Part shown: in pieces, positions 1 through 12,836 of the stretch
Position numbering within the stretch: the stretch's first letter is position 1
Layout of the letters: each line of letters opens with the position of its first letter
Source of the DNA: Octopus sinensis
Taxonomy: Eukaryota
DNA length: 64,000 nt
Reading direction: 5' to 3'
Assembly (NCBI RefSeq): GCF_006345805.1
Contig: NC_043022.1
Location: 12,958,001-13,022,000 of the forward strand
The notes under the pieces: generated by a model
What the model saw: the letters and a program-made list of their open reading frames with translations, nothing else
Database searches by the model: none
Told to the model about the DNA's origin: nothing
Program-made: the position numbers and the translations under genes

Positions 1-163
1 GAGTTCAAATTCCGCCGAGGTCAACTTTGCCTTTCATCCTTTTGGGGTCGGCTAAATAATTACCAGTTACACACTGGGATCGATATAATCGACTTAATCC
101 ATTTATCTGTCCTTGTTTGTCCCCTCTCTGTGTAGCCCCTAGTGAGCAGTAAAGAAATAAGAA
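1..163 (+). mobile_element. SINE family A (tRNA-type head, Meta-domain-like core), cut by window edge
   Basis: gagttcaaattcc B-box, core gcctttcatccttt..ggggtcg, aagaaata tail; many copies in the window. Confidence 0.8.
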
Positions 164-1227
164 TAGAGGGGCATTTGATGATACATGTGAGTTAGAGAGA
201 AAGGGAGGTGGTGGATGACCATACTAAAAGGTGTCAAGAGTTTAACTGCCCCTTGCAAGTAAGATCTAATTGTTTAAGGTGCCTTTCTTGTCATGAGCAG
301 TCAAAGACCCTCCTTTCTCAACTCTCTCCTTTTCACTTAAAACATCAAAGGTGTAACAGTTGGAAAAGTAGAGAGCTGTCCTAGCAGTCAACTGAAAGCC
401 ATTTTCAGCTGTGTAGTAGACTGGATATGCTGTACCTTGCTCAATGATACAATATGTCACCATATTCAAGGTTCAAAGCCACGACACACACACAGACCGC
501 TTCACTACCACACAATACAATGTATCCTTACACAGTAATATGTAGTGTCTCTCAAAATTGTTGTGGGTTGGGGCCTCCATTGAGGAGTCAATCCTATCGA
601 GTAATGTATGAGGCAGACAGAGCAAGCTGTTCTATTGCCATGCTCATCCTGGGGCAGGCTGCTGCTGTTTAGTTCCTGGTGAGCCCTCATTCCATGATAT
701 TGTGATTTAATGGAAATTTGACTACTATTTCTAGCAGGTTAAAGGTTCTCTTCAGTGAATTTTAGAGTAGGCCGACAACCCACATCTCTTTCTTTCGTTC
801 TCTCTCTCTCTCTCTCTATTTACCTTGGGGTTTAATCCCACGTTTCCTTCCCTCCACCCCAAATCACTTGCTTCAGCCACCCAACTTTTTCCTTTTCCTT
901 TTTCTTTTTTTTTCACTCTTACCTCCCACCACCAGATTGGAAGGAGGAAGTTGAAAGAAAATTGACTGATCCATTGAGTGATGGGTGTGACGGGTGAGTG
1001 CAAAGTAAGTGGTGGGGGGGGATGGCATGATGAAGTATAGAGAGATTGGGGGTAGACGATAATGACGATGATGATGATGATGTTGGATTTCTGACCAGGC
1101 TGTGATTGTTGTATGGCGGGTAGGTAGATGTCAAGGGTGGCTTGTGTGTTTCTCTGCATTTGTGTATATGTGTGTATCTCTGGTAGTGTGTCCAATAATT
1201 GCCTGTCAGTGTGTGTGCGTGTCTCCC

Positions 1228-1314
<87 letters not shown>

Positions 1315-2299
1315 TCTCTCTACTCTCTCTCTTTTACTTGTTTCAGTCATTTGACTGCGGCCATGCTGGGGCACCGCCTGAGTATATATATATTTGGTGT
1401 ATGTACCTGTGTGTCTGTCATTCATTGTCATATCCCCATCTATTTTTCTCTGTGTTTATGTATTTACGTGTGTGTGTGTATGTGTATGTGTGTGAAAATA
1501 CGATAGGTATTAAATACACCGTATCACCTGGTTTTTTTCCAATCTCCTTCTGACCTACTTAACCTGGATTGATTGGACAATAGGACACAATTTACCGTCA
1601 GACTCCATAACATACTTACACACACACACACACAAAGTATATTAACCCTCCCGCATATATAATGTGCACCTAAGTATCCATATACACTCACATATATATA
1701 CATGCAAACCTAACACTCATAATTTCATCCACACGCAAACACACACACGTGGACTCTAGCATTGGTCACTCTATCATACTTTTATAATAGGCTCTCTCTC
1801 TCTCCCCTTCTCCCTCTCACTGATCGACATCTCTTACTTTCCCTCTCAAACCACAGCCTCTCTCATCTTCTCTCGCCCCCTTTCATTCCTTTCTGTCCTT
1901 CCCTTCCCTTTCCTTTCCGTCTCACCTACGTCTCTCTTCCGACTCCTCAACTCCTTTCTCCCTCTTACCCTCTCATCACCTCCTCCTCCTCTCTCTCTCT
2001 CTCTCTATCTCTTTCCTACATTCTCTTTTGTCTTTTTCTCATACAATCACTACTCTCCCCCCCGCCCCATCCGCCTCGTTCTTTCGTCTATCACTCCTTC
2101 CTTCCTTCCTTCCACCTCCTCCTCCTCTATCGACAGCTGTCACTCCCTTCTCCTCCTCCACCTCCATCAATTACCTGTCTCTCGCACGCACCAAACACAA
2201 TCTGCTGTCTCTCATACAACAAGGTAAGAACAAACTTCACCTCTTATAAACATTCGCTTCCTCTCTTAATGTACAGCAAAATAGAGTAATACACATACA

Positions 2300-2433
2300 G
2301 TATAGTATTATATATATATATATATATATATATACAGTATAGTATAATATATATATATATATACAGAGAGAGAGAGGGAGAGATGTGTATATATATATAT
2401 ATACATATAGTGTATGTATGTATGTATATATAT

Positions 2434-2464
<31 letters not shown>

Positions 2465-2800
2465 TGAGAGAGATGTGTGTATATATACATATAGAGTGTG
2501 TGTATATATACACATATATATATATATATTTGTACACAATTCTTTATATATGCATGTGTATATGTGATTGTATGTGTATATCTCTCTATATATATATAAA
2601 CGGCGGTGCATCAGCATGGCCGCAGATCTGAGCTGAAACAAAAAAATATATATATATATATATATATATACGTGCTTGTGTGTGTATATATACGCTTGTA
2701 TCTGTGTATGTATGTGTGTATATATATATGTGTGTGTGTGTGTGTGTGAATGTATATATATATATATATATAATATATATATATATATACACATATATGT
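2300..2800. repeat. Compound (TA)n/(TG)n microsatellite; similar tracts at 1232-1312, 46255-46540, 51515-51803, 63183-63407
   Basis: Directly visible; source of the YIYIYI ORFs. Confidence 0.95.
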
Positions 2801-3772
2801 GTGCGTAGTCACTTCTCTTTACTGAGTTACGAAAAAGTACCACAAACTATAAAGTGGATTTTTTTTTTCCTTCTGCGTGCTATATACATATACATATATA
2901 TATATATATGTATGTATGTATATAGAAGAAAGTTATATAGGAAATAGGAAAATATGACATTCAAGTCATGCCGTATTTTTAAATGGGAATTAGCGATACA
3001 AAGGAAATAAAATTGAAATCGAAGCTGAGAGATCGCCGTCTCGGCAGACTAAAAGTCAGACATGTCCACCACCACCACCCCTTCCACCTTTATATACCTT
3101 CACCGTACCTTGGTGGTGGTGGTGGCGGCGGCGCCGGTGGTGGTGGTGGTGGCAGCGGCGGTGGTGGTTCTTTGTCTACAGACTCTTTCCACTTGGAATG
3201 TAACTTCTTGTGACATTTAATAACTTCTCCTCTATTCCACCTCTCCCCTATCCTCCTCCTTTCTCCCACCCCCTTTCAAAACCCATCGACCTTCTACCAC
3301 CTCCACCTCCGCCACCACCACCACCACCACGTTTCCGCCCTCCCCGACCCTCAATTAGCTGAGACAAGGGTTTTTTTTTTATTTGAAAGGAAGATGTATT
3401 CCTTTGATTTTTAACTTTTTTATTTCGTTCGCTCACTCACTCAGGCGCACATACATTCAATACACACGTGTATGAGTGTATATAAGTTTGTGTGTGTTTA
3501 TTATACACACACACACACGCACGCAGTGAGTGATCGCAAAAAACAGCTGAAGTTTTTAATGTCAGCCGTGGGTCATAGCTTATGCTTGTGTGTGGTGGGG
3601 TATATACTATATGTGTGTGTGCATATGTATAGGGGTGTATACTATATGTGCGTGCGTGTTTATGTGGCAATCGGCTAGATGCAATATTTTCGTCCTGTTT
3701 TGTCCCTTTATGTAATAATTGATTTTTGTCAGCCCTTGTGGCCAATAAAAAGAATTAATTATTATTATAATG

Positions 3773-3937
3773 GGCGCAGGAGTGGCTGTGTGGTAAGTAG
3801 CTTGTTTACCAACCACACGGTTCCGGGTTCAGTCCCACTGCGTGGCACCTTGGGCAAGTGTCTTCTACTGTAGCCTTGGGCCGACCAAAGCCTTGTGAAT
3901 GGATTTGGTAGACGGAAACTGAAAGAAGCCCGTCGTA

Positions 3938-3981
<44 letters not shown>

Positions 3982-4178
3982 TGTTTGTGTCTGTGTTTGT
4001 CCCCCTAGCATTGCTTGATGCTGGTGTGTTTATGTCCCCGTTACTTAGCGGTTCGGCAAAAGAGACCAATAGAATAAGTACTAGGCTTACAAAGAATAAG
4101 TCCTGGGGTCGATTTGCTCGACTAAAAGGCGATGCTCCAGCATGGCCGCAGTCAACTGACTGAAACAAGTAAAAGAGT
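3773..4178 (+). mobile_element. SINE family B (tRNA-type head, CORE-like), full length
   Basis: ggcgcaggagtggctgtgtggtaag A-box, gggttcagtccc B-box, accttgggcaag CORE-like motif, internal (TA)n, tail ...catggccgcagtcaactgactgaaacaagtaaaagagta; possible TSD tataat. Confidence 0.85.
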
Positions 4179-5149
4179 ATAATCACTCCTCACATCATGC
4201 AAAAGTTATCTTCCAACTTTGGCTCGAAACCTTGACTGTCGTCCACTCAATGTCGCCAGGTAGACATAAAATATTGACTGGGAGAGAGAGAAAGAGACGT
4301 GTGTTTAGACAAAATTACAAATATTCAGGATGAGAGAGATGGGGGTTGGGTTTTTTTTTTCTTTTTTTCAAATAGGTTTAAGGAAGTGTTACTTTCTATT
4401 CATATAAATATGTGTGGGGGTGTATATAGTGTATGTATACACACAGTACATATTTTGAATAATATATACAAAAAAGGGGGCACAGGTATGTGTTTGTGTG
4501 TGAAATTTATTATTTTTGTGTACACACACACACACAGGTATGGACATCTTTCTGGGTAATTGAGTCATCGTAGCTACTTCAGTGACTTAAATCTGTGGCT
4601 GACTACAGACATTTTCGTATTTATTACATAAAGGATAGTTTTACAGGGGTTGTGAGTAGCTGTCTGACTTGATGGCTCTACCCCGACTAACTCTACCCAA
4701 CTAAGTGTACACAGTATTAAGCTGTGTGCTTTTACTGTGGTATAAACAAAACGGTAACTGTACACACGTCTAGCTTTTACTTCCGTTTCTATTGTTTTAA
4801 CACGGGCCATTGCTAAGCTGGCCATTTCTGTTGACCATCTTTGTCTCCGTGTAAAGGTGTCGTTATGGTTGTTTCAGCCTGCTAGAAATAGCAGCTCAAA
4901 TCACACTAACACTGAAATAAAAACCTACTCTCTCCTTTTTTTTAAAGGAAGCAGACCTGGAGAAGGGATCGCATGTCATTGATTAGGTTGCAAATGGCGA
5001 CAAAAGGACTTCTTTAAAAATACCTAGCTGATTGAGGAATTGACTAATACTAATAAGTGAAATAGAACTAGTGTGAGTGTCTTATTGGCATAATGACCCG
5101 CCCAAGATTTGACAATTTAGCTCAAGATAATAATAATAATAATCATAAT

Positions 5150-5890
5150 GATTTCAAATCTTGACACAAGGCCAGCAATTTCAGAGAAGGGATAGGTCAA
5201 TTATATCGACTCCAGAATTCAACTGGTACGTATTTTATCAGTCCCCAAATGATGAAAGGCAAAATCAAGCTTGGTGACTCTGCTGCTAAGCATTTTGTTT
5301 GATATGCTAAACAATTCTGCCAGCTTGCTGTTTCAATAATGATGGTAATAACAACAAACACAAAGCAAAATCTAAACATCATATATAATAATAATAATTA
5401 TAATAATAATAATAATTCTTTCCACTATAAGCACAGGGCCAGAAATTTTGGAGGAGGGGAATAGTTGATTTCATCGATTCCAGTGCTTGACCGATGCTTT
5501 ATTTCCTCAACATTGAAAGATGATGATGATAATAATAATAATCTTTCTACTAAAGGCACAAGGCCTGAAATCTTTAAATGGGGGACTAGTTGATTACATC
5601 AACCCCTGTGTTTCATTGGTACTCAATTTATCAACCCCAAAAGGATGAAAGGCAAAACTGACCTCGGCAGAATTTAGCTGTAATAAAAATTCCTTCTAAT
5701 TTTTGCACATTTTTGAGGGGAGGGGAGACAAGTCAATTGCATTGAGCCCAGTACTTGATAGGTACTTTATTTTATCAACCCAGAAAGAGTTGACTTTGGC
5801 AGAACTTGAACTTGGAATATAATGAGCTGCAAGAAATACTGCAAAGCATTTTCTCCAACGCTTGGAACAGTTCTGCCAGCTCACCATCTT
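5150..5890 (-). mobile_element. Cluster of about 4 decayed family A SINEs separated by (AAT)n
   Basis: Repeated reverse-complement core motifs (gatgaaaggcaaa, ggtac..tttatc, ttctgccagct). Confidence 0.7.
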
Positions 5891-7094
5891 TATGATAATA
5901 ATAATAATAATAATAATGATGATGATGAGCTTTGCATATACAGTGCTCAGATCCATTGCATCTCGTAAGCAAAGAGAGGATGGAGCAAACATAAGACAAA
6001 GATAGAAACAATGAAAGCTAGCAGTACATATATACAGGATAAAACAGAAAAAGACAAGAAAGTGAACTGTAAAAGAGCTATAAAGAGGAAAGGTGTTGAC
6101 GGATTTTGAGAAGCGTGAAATACTTGAAGGATACAGTTTACTGACAAGTAATAACCAATATGGTTAGCTTGTTCCAGGTTTTGACAATTCTGAGACTGAA
6201 AAAGTATTTCTGAAAGTCATGGGTTCTGCACTCCTTATTTTATAAGCCTTCGTATCATCATCAATTTATGTGCACTTTTCCATGCTTTCTTATGGGCCAA
6301 ATTGAATTTGTTGAGGTTGATTTTCTGCTACCAGATGCCTTTACTGTTGCCAACTCTCACCTGTTTCCAAGCAACAGTATTTCATCCTGGGAGACAAGAA
6401 ATGAACATCACTTGTATGATGGTGATGCTCATTTACAATCATCCCATGATGTGGAGTCAAGGGTGCACATGCACACACACACACACATACGACAAGCTTT
6501 CAGATCCCATCTATGAAATCCCCTCATAAGGCTTTGGTCAGCTCAGGATTATATTAGAAGACACCTGCCCAAGGTGACATGCAGTGGGACTAAACCTAAG
6601 ACCACTTGATTAGGAAGCAAGCTTCTTAACCACACAGTTGCATCTGTCTCTTATGTCCAAACCACAGTTGGCATGGTTACAGCCTTTTGACTATAAGTAT
6701 GCTCATAAAGGTTTATATATATATATATATAGATAGATAGATAGATAGAATTCACGAAAAAAACAAAAGGTGAAGACAGGTGGTGTAGAAAACAAACAGT
6801 ATAACGCTCGAGAATTGAAAGTCTTTAACGTTTCAAGCTTACACTCTTCTACAGAAAGAAACAAGGAAAGAAAAAAAATGTGTGTAGTGGCTACTGATCT
6901 ATCATGGAGATAGAAAGATAGATATACACACATATTGAATAATGAGAATGAGTGCTGAACACTGCATTGGTGGATAAAATTTCTTTGTGTATTAAGGTTA
7001 CCAGTGGTTTCATGTTAAGAAAAATATCTTAATATCTTTACAATTTTTCAAGCCAATCACATGGAGTGATGGTGGTCATCTCCATATATATGCT

Positions 7095-7128
<34 letters not shown>

Positions 7129-7130
<2 letters not shown>

Positions 7131-7327
7131 CAAGATAAGAAAATGGAGAAATACATCTAAATCAAATATCAATTACACGGTACACTTTTTTATGTACACT
7201 GATTTGTTCTGCTTTTTATATGTAACCCTACAGTCTCTTATGTGGTGGTTTAATAAAGTATGTGATTGAGTATTATCTGGTAATTGATATTTGATTTAGA
7301 TGTATTTCTCCATTTTCTTATCTTGTA
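7129..7327. mobile_element. MITE with perfect 48-bp terminal inverted repeats at the edge of a (TA)n tract
   Basis: 7129-7176 tacaagataagaaaatggagaaatacatctaaatcaaatatcaattac is the exact reverse complement of 7280-7327. Confidence 0.8.
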
Positions 7328-8191
7328 TTAGTAATTTGTGGTAAATCATTTTACCTTTGCCCATATAATACAGTAAATGAATTGATTGCATCGCAATCAT
7401 TAACATTTATGTATTAACTTTGTTGGGTACTTCACTAGCAGTATATTGGATATATGTTATCCCATGGAGGGTTGCATTTACAACCCCTATCTCGATTTGT
7501 ATATATATATATATATATATAATCGAACAAAAGCATAACCAGGCAGCCAATTTGATAACTGCTGACTGCTTGTTTGTTTTTATTCAATTTATACCTATAC
7601 CAGCTTGGCCAATACGTTGCTTATAGCTAATCTTCATCTTGGCAGATTTCACATTTCTGCACTCAACGTTTGCGTTTTTAGGCTCTAATTCAACCTGATT
7701 ACTTGTTCTATGCATCTATTATTTTATGCCATTTGATATCTTATTACCCACCACTTAAATAAAAATCATAAACTAGAACTCTTTGAATGGCTATAGGGGG
7801 AGAATGGGATAGGTAGGCCAGTATGGTTTTGTAATCCATACTAATGAAAAGGACTTAAATTAATCTGGAAAAAAAAATTAATAAATCCTACTACCTTGAG
7901 TGTAATCTCCTCTTCATCCTGCAACACTTCACAGCCCCATCCAACCCTACCCTTAGCATGCCGAACAGGATTCAGGTTACTTTAGTAAAAGATTTATTTG
8001 GAGTTATGTTTATGTCATTGGTATTAAAAGGCATTTGAAAGGTTTTGAATTACTGGGGATAATAATCATGGCTTATAGATTTGGGTTCGTGTGTAGAGGA
8101 CATTTGAATGATGCAACAATATTGGCCAAATAAACAATGATAGGGGTTTATACATCATCATCATCACCGTTTAAGATGATAATGATGTCCC

Positions 8192-8425
8192 AAGGTGGCG
8201 AGCTGGCAGAACCGTTAGCACGCTGGGCGAAATGCGTAGCCGTATTTCGTCTGCCGTTACGTTCTGAGTTCAAATTCCACCGAGATCGACTTTGCCTTTC
8301 ATCCTTTCGGGGTCGATAAATTGAGTACCAGTTACGCACTAGGGTCGATGTAATCGACTTAATCCGTTTGTCGGTCCTTGTTTGTCCCCTCTGTGTTTAG
8401 CCCCTTGTGGGTAGTAAAGAAATAG
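8192..8425 (+). mobile_element. SINE family A, near full length
   Basis: aaggtggcgagctggcagaaccgttagc head through gtaaagaaata tail. Confidence 0.85.
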
Positions 8426-8503
8426 ATGATGTCCCACACATGTGGGCATGTGTGAGACGGTTTGACCCTTCTGAATACCTGCCACTTTAAAGGGTGTACA
8501 TTT

Positions 8504-8542
<39 letters not shown>

Positions 8543-8762
8543 TTTGAATTCTCGATCAAGAAATAAAAATTAAAAAAACTACTCAATACATGATCTAGAG
8601 TGTTTGTTATATTTCAAGCTGAGGCTGCCTTTTGTTATCACTCAGTTTCATGGAAGCATTTGATAAAAATGAACTACACAAAACACTGGGTAATGATGTA
8701 AAGGAGCTTGAGTTTCAAATGTCTATCTATCAATTCACCTATTTGTGTATAAGCATGCATGC

Positions 8763-8824
<62 letters not shown>

Positions 8825-8825
8825 T

Positions 8826-9098
8826 GGTCGATGCCAATGCTGCCTGACTGGCACACTGGCACGTAAAAAGCACCAAGCATGGTCAACGCCAGTGTCGCTT
8901 AACTGGCTCCTGTGCCAGTGGCACATAAAAAGCACCCGATACACTCTTGGAGTGGTTGGCATTAGGAAAGGCATCCAACTCTAGAAACCCTGCCAGATCA
9001 GATTGGAGCCTGGTGCTGCCTACTGGCTTGTCAGACCTCAGTCAAACCGTCCAACCCATGCCAGCATGGAAAGCGGATGTTAAACGATGATGATGATG
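8826..9098 (+). mobile_element. Retroposon family D ((GAT)n tail), about 2 diverged 5' monomers
   Basis: ggcacgtaaaaagcacc motif twice, aggaaaggcatcc body, ttaaacgatgatgatgatga tail; homologous to 56836-57184. Confidence 0.8.
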
Positions 9099-10417
9099 AC
9101 ACTGAGTGTTATATGTTTATAACCAGCACTCCATCGAACAGCCCGCTTGTGAGATTAACATTGCAAGTGGTCGAGTACTCCTCAGATATGTACCCCTAAC
9201 ATAGTAGTTCTCAGAGAGATTCAGTGTGTCACAGAATGTGACAAAGCTGGCCTTTTGAAATACAAGCACTAATTTCTGCCATGGACTGGAGCAATGGAAA
9301 GTAAAGGGTCTTGCCCAAGAGCACAACACACCATTAAGTATAAGGAGCTTTAAAAACCAACAAAGTGTAACAGAAACCAACAAAAGTCTCAGTGTTGGTG
9401 CAGGGTCTAAATATTTTATTGAAACTTTGAAGTTTTGTCAGCAGTGGCTCATCAGACAGAACTGCGACCAGCAAAACTTCCAAGCCACACACTCACCTTG
9501 CAATTATACAAAACGCACACACACACACACACGTGACGTGTGTACTGTGGGGGGGGAGAGAACTGGAAGGTGGGACATGAGGATTATTCTCAGATTAAAC
9601 AGTACAGATGGAAAGAGAAAATGTGTGTGTACATATATTCACACACACACACACATGCAATCACACACACAATCGCGCACAATCACACACACGCACACAA
9701 TCACACACACAACCACACAATCACGCACACACAAACGCAATCATACACACAAACGCAATCCACACACACAAACGCAATCTCACACACACACACAATCACG
9801 CACACACACTTCAGCTGTCGGAGCCCACTCTCTCCCTAACCCCAACCCTAATAAACATCTGATTACATCTATTAAGGCCAAGTGTTGATTATTACCTTGT
9901 CGCACAGTGGGTGTTGTATCCACTGACATCATGGCCTATCCTATATCTTCTTCTGTCTGTTCACTTATATACAAACTAATTGGTTATGTGGACTAGATAG
10001 TTGCCTGTCTTTGTCTGTGTATCTCTCCCATCTATTAACTACAATCATTCTTACTTAATGCTGCTACCTGTATGACAATTACAGTCAGGTGAGGTTGGCA
10101 AGGAGTGTGTTGTTTTTTTTTCCTTTACTAACCCTTTTACTCTCTGAAATTGTTCGCATTTTCATGAATGTCACCAAATTCTTGTAATGCCGAAGACAGT
10201 GGATGAGGCAGGGTCGATTGGTTAGTATCAAATTAATTGGCGCTTTATGGCCTTCCTGGAATGTTTCTCCAGTCTGTGAATGTTTGTTGAATGTTTTGTG
10301 ACACACCCTGCTGCTCCGCAGTATGTTTTGTGAAGTGTGTGAACCATCCAAAATGTGTTTTCAGAAGGGATTCTGTTTTTGTTGTTATAAATGTTTAGTT
10401 GTGTGACACTAATCCCC

Positions 10418-10646
10418 TTAACCCTTTGGTGTTCACATTATTCTGCCAAAATTAATGCTTCTTTATCCACATTGTTTTGAATTAATCATGCATTATCTTG
10501 TAGCTAGGAGATTTTGATGAGGTAGCTGTTCATTTTTAAGACGATATTGTAGGGTTGGTGTGAGAGACCAGATCTGGCCAGTTTGAACATAAAACAGGCA
10601 GAATACTTTTGGCCGGATATGGCCAGTTTAAATGCTAAAGGGTTAA
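10418..10646. mobile_element. piggyBac-type MITE
   Basis: TTAA|CCCTTT...AAAGGG|TTAA; reverse-complement homologue of 29406-29634. Confidence 0.85.
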
Positions 10647-11358
10647 TATATAAATCTAGCCCCTTTCTCATCAGTCATTTTAGCCCTACTAGATACACCA
10701 ACTGAATTCCATCAAATTGCACTCATCATCATTTAATATCCATGTTCCATACAGCCATGGGTCAGACAGTTTACAGGCTCTGATGGGCCCAAGGACTGTC
10801 ATATTCCAATGTTTGTAGTTGGATATACTTGAGGTAGATTTGAACCTGTAAGAAATCCATTTGCTGTATTTTGTGATGGAGATTGTTGGATGCGTGCATT
10901 TTGGAGTGGTTATCATAGAACTAGGGGTGGTCTCAGGCAAGTTGGTATGAAAAGGGTTAAACCCAAATGGGTTCAGGACCTTATTATTAACTAGGGAGTG
11001 ATTTGAGGAAAACTTGACTGCAATTTTTAGCAGCTTTAGCAACCACATAAAGGTTTCTTTGTCAGTTCAGGGTTTGGTCAGTTCTAGTCATTAAAATTCA
11101 GATTAATATCCATTAATCCATGATGTGGTGGTCGTCGTGGGTGGTCTGTGAGGTGGCCTTGATATTCAGTCAACTGAATAAATCATGTGTCTGCTAGTTT
11201 AACAAATCAGCTGTGAAATGTTCCGCCTGAGTCGTTCAAGTGTATTAATGAGAAATACATTGACAGAATTATTTCTACTGATGATGACATTTCGTCATCA
11301 GTGTTAGATGTCAGACAGACAGAGAGTCAAACAGTTTGTGAAATGAAGGATCATCATA

Positions 11359-11967
11359 CTCTTTACTGTCTTTACTCTTTTACTTGTTTCAGTCATTTGA
11401 CTGCGGCCATGCTGGAGCACCGCCTTTAGTCGAGCAACTCGACCCCGGGACTTATTCTTTTTGTAAACCCAGTACTTATTCTATCGGTCTCTTTTGCTGA
11501 ACCGCTAAGTGACGGGGACATAAACACACCAGCATCGGTTGTCAACCAATGCTAGGGGGACAAACACACACACGCATATGGCGACCTGCGTAGCTGTATT
11601 TCGTCTGTCGTTACGTTCCGAGTTCAAATTCCGCCGAGGTCGACTTTGCCTTTCATCCTTTCGGGGTCGATAAATTAAGTACCAGTTACGTACTGGGGTC
11701 GATGTAATCGACTTAATCCCTTTGTCTGTCCTTGTTTGTTCCCTCTGTGTTTAGCCCCTTGTGGGTAGTAAAGAAAAATATATATATATATTTACATATA
11801 TACGACGGGCTTCTTTTCCGTTTCCGTCTACCAAATCCACTCACAAGGCTTTGGTCGGCCCGAGGCTATAGTAGAAGACACTTGCCCAAGGTGCCACGCA
11901 GTGGGACTGAACCTGGAACCATGTCGTTGGTAAACAAGCTACTTACCACCCGGCCACTCCTGCGCCT
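11359..11967 (-). mobile_element. SINE family B with a 5'-truncated family A copy (about 11585-11777, +) nested in its central microsatellite
   Basis: 9-bp TSD atcatcata at 11350-11358 and 11968-11976; both halves of family B flank the family A copy. Confidence 0.85.
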
Positions 11968-12317
11968 ATCATCATAATTTTTTTTTGTTTTTTTTGTAAC
12001 ATCTATCTTTCATGCTGGGATGTGTTGGAGAGTTTAAGAGGATTCAGTTGGTCTGAGGACTGCTGCATCAATGAGCTCCAGTGTCTCATGGTTTCTACAG
12101 CTGGTTCCCATTTCTGATGCCAATCACTTTACATTATGGACTGGGTGCTCTTATTCATGGCACCAGAACTGATGAGGTTGCCAGGCAGCTTGCCTGGCAA
12201 AGGACTGAGTAAGGATCTGAGTAAAGGGGAGTAGCTTAATGCTAGGAGATGAAAGGGGTTATAAAGTGTGAGAAAAGGGGGCAATACTTTGTCTCCCTTC
12301 TGTCACCTTTTATACAG

Positions 12318-12466
12318 AAATGCTTTCTTTATTACCCACAAGGGGACAAACAAGGACAGACGTAGGTATTAAGTCGATTACATCAACCCCAATGCTTAAC
12401 TGGTACTTAATTTATCGACCCCGAAAGGATGAAAGGCAAAGTCGACCTCGGCGGAATTTGAACTCA
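12318..12466 (-). mobile_element. SINE family A fragment
   Basis: Reverse complement of core and tail (tttatcgaccccgaaaggatgaaaggcaaagtcgacctcggcggaatttgaactc). Confidence 0.8.
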
Positions 12467-12648
12467 CAACTTCTCTGTTACCCCCATTTATGTAACGAAT
12501 CTCTCTCTCTCTCTCCCCCTCTCGCCCCCTTCTTCCTACTGCTACCTTACAGCAGGTTCTCATTCATATTTACAAACATTCAATGTTGCTCTTGTCTCGT
12601 GCACTTTCCTACCTCCCACTAAACCCCTTCTCTCTCTCTCTCTTCCAG

Positions 12649-12787
12649 TCAGCTCCCACTATGGCCGTAATCGCTTCAATCGACGTGTCGCCCGCAATGA
12701 CGTGCCCATAGCGAAGGTGATCCAGATTGAAGAGGAGAAGAAACACCAGGAGGAGCGCATGCAACAACTGAAGCTCCTGCATCAAAG
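12649..12787 (+). CDS. CCDC50: CCDC50-like gene, first exon visible in window (N-terminal coiled-coil/CCDC50_N region)
   Basis: Polypyrimidine tract + CAG acceptor, GTTTGT donor, phase 1->2. Translates xSSHYGRNRFNRRVARNDVPIAKVIQIEEEKKHQEERMQQLKLLHQR, resembling vertebrate CCDC50 '[27 protein letters not shown]' as I recall it. Not in the ORF track because it has no start codon. Confidence 0.85.
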
Positions 12788-12836
12788 GTTTGTACTTAAC
12801 TGTTTTCCGGAGGGCGAGGGCTGGCACTGACGGTAT

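Noticed and set aside
752-2843. Many YIYI/CVCV/THTH/LSLS ORFs (also near 36.5, 46.2, 51.5 and 63.2 kb)
   Set aside because: They are translations of dinucleotide microsatellites.
2983-3450. Gly-rich ORF / CpG-enriched candidate promoter
   Set aside because: It is explained by (GGT/GGC)n and (CCA)n triplet repeats; no splice-supported exon or recognisable core promoter could be supported.
9427-9500. FCQQWLIR as the missing CCDC50 5' exon
   Set aside because: It only superficially resembles the expected VC..W/F...ED..LA..LQ motif; the rest of the motif and a suitable phase-1 donor are absent. No upstream coding exon was found in 1-12648.
11277-11302. actgatgatgacatttcgtcatcagt as a hammerhead or snoRNA
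   Set aside because: It is only a short hairpin; there is no room for stem II and no box C/D arrangement.
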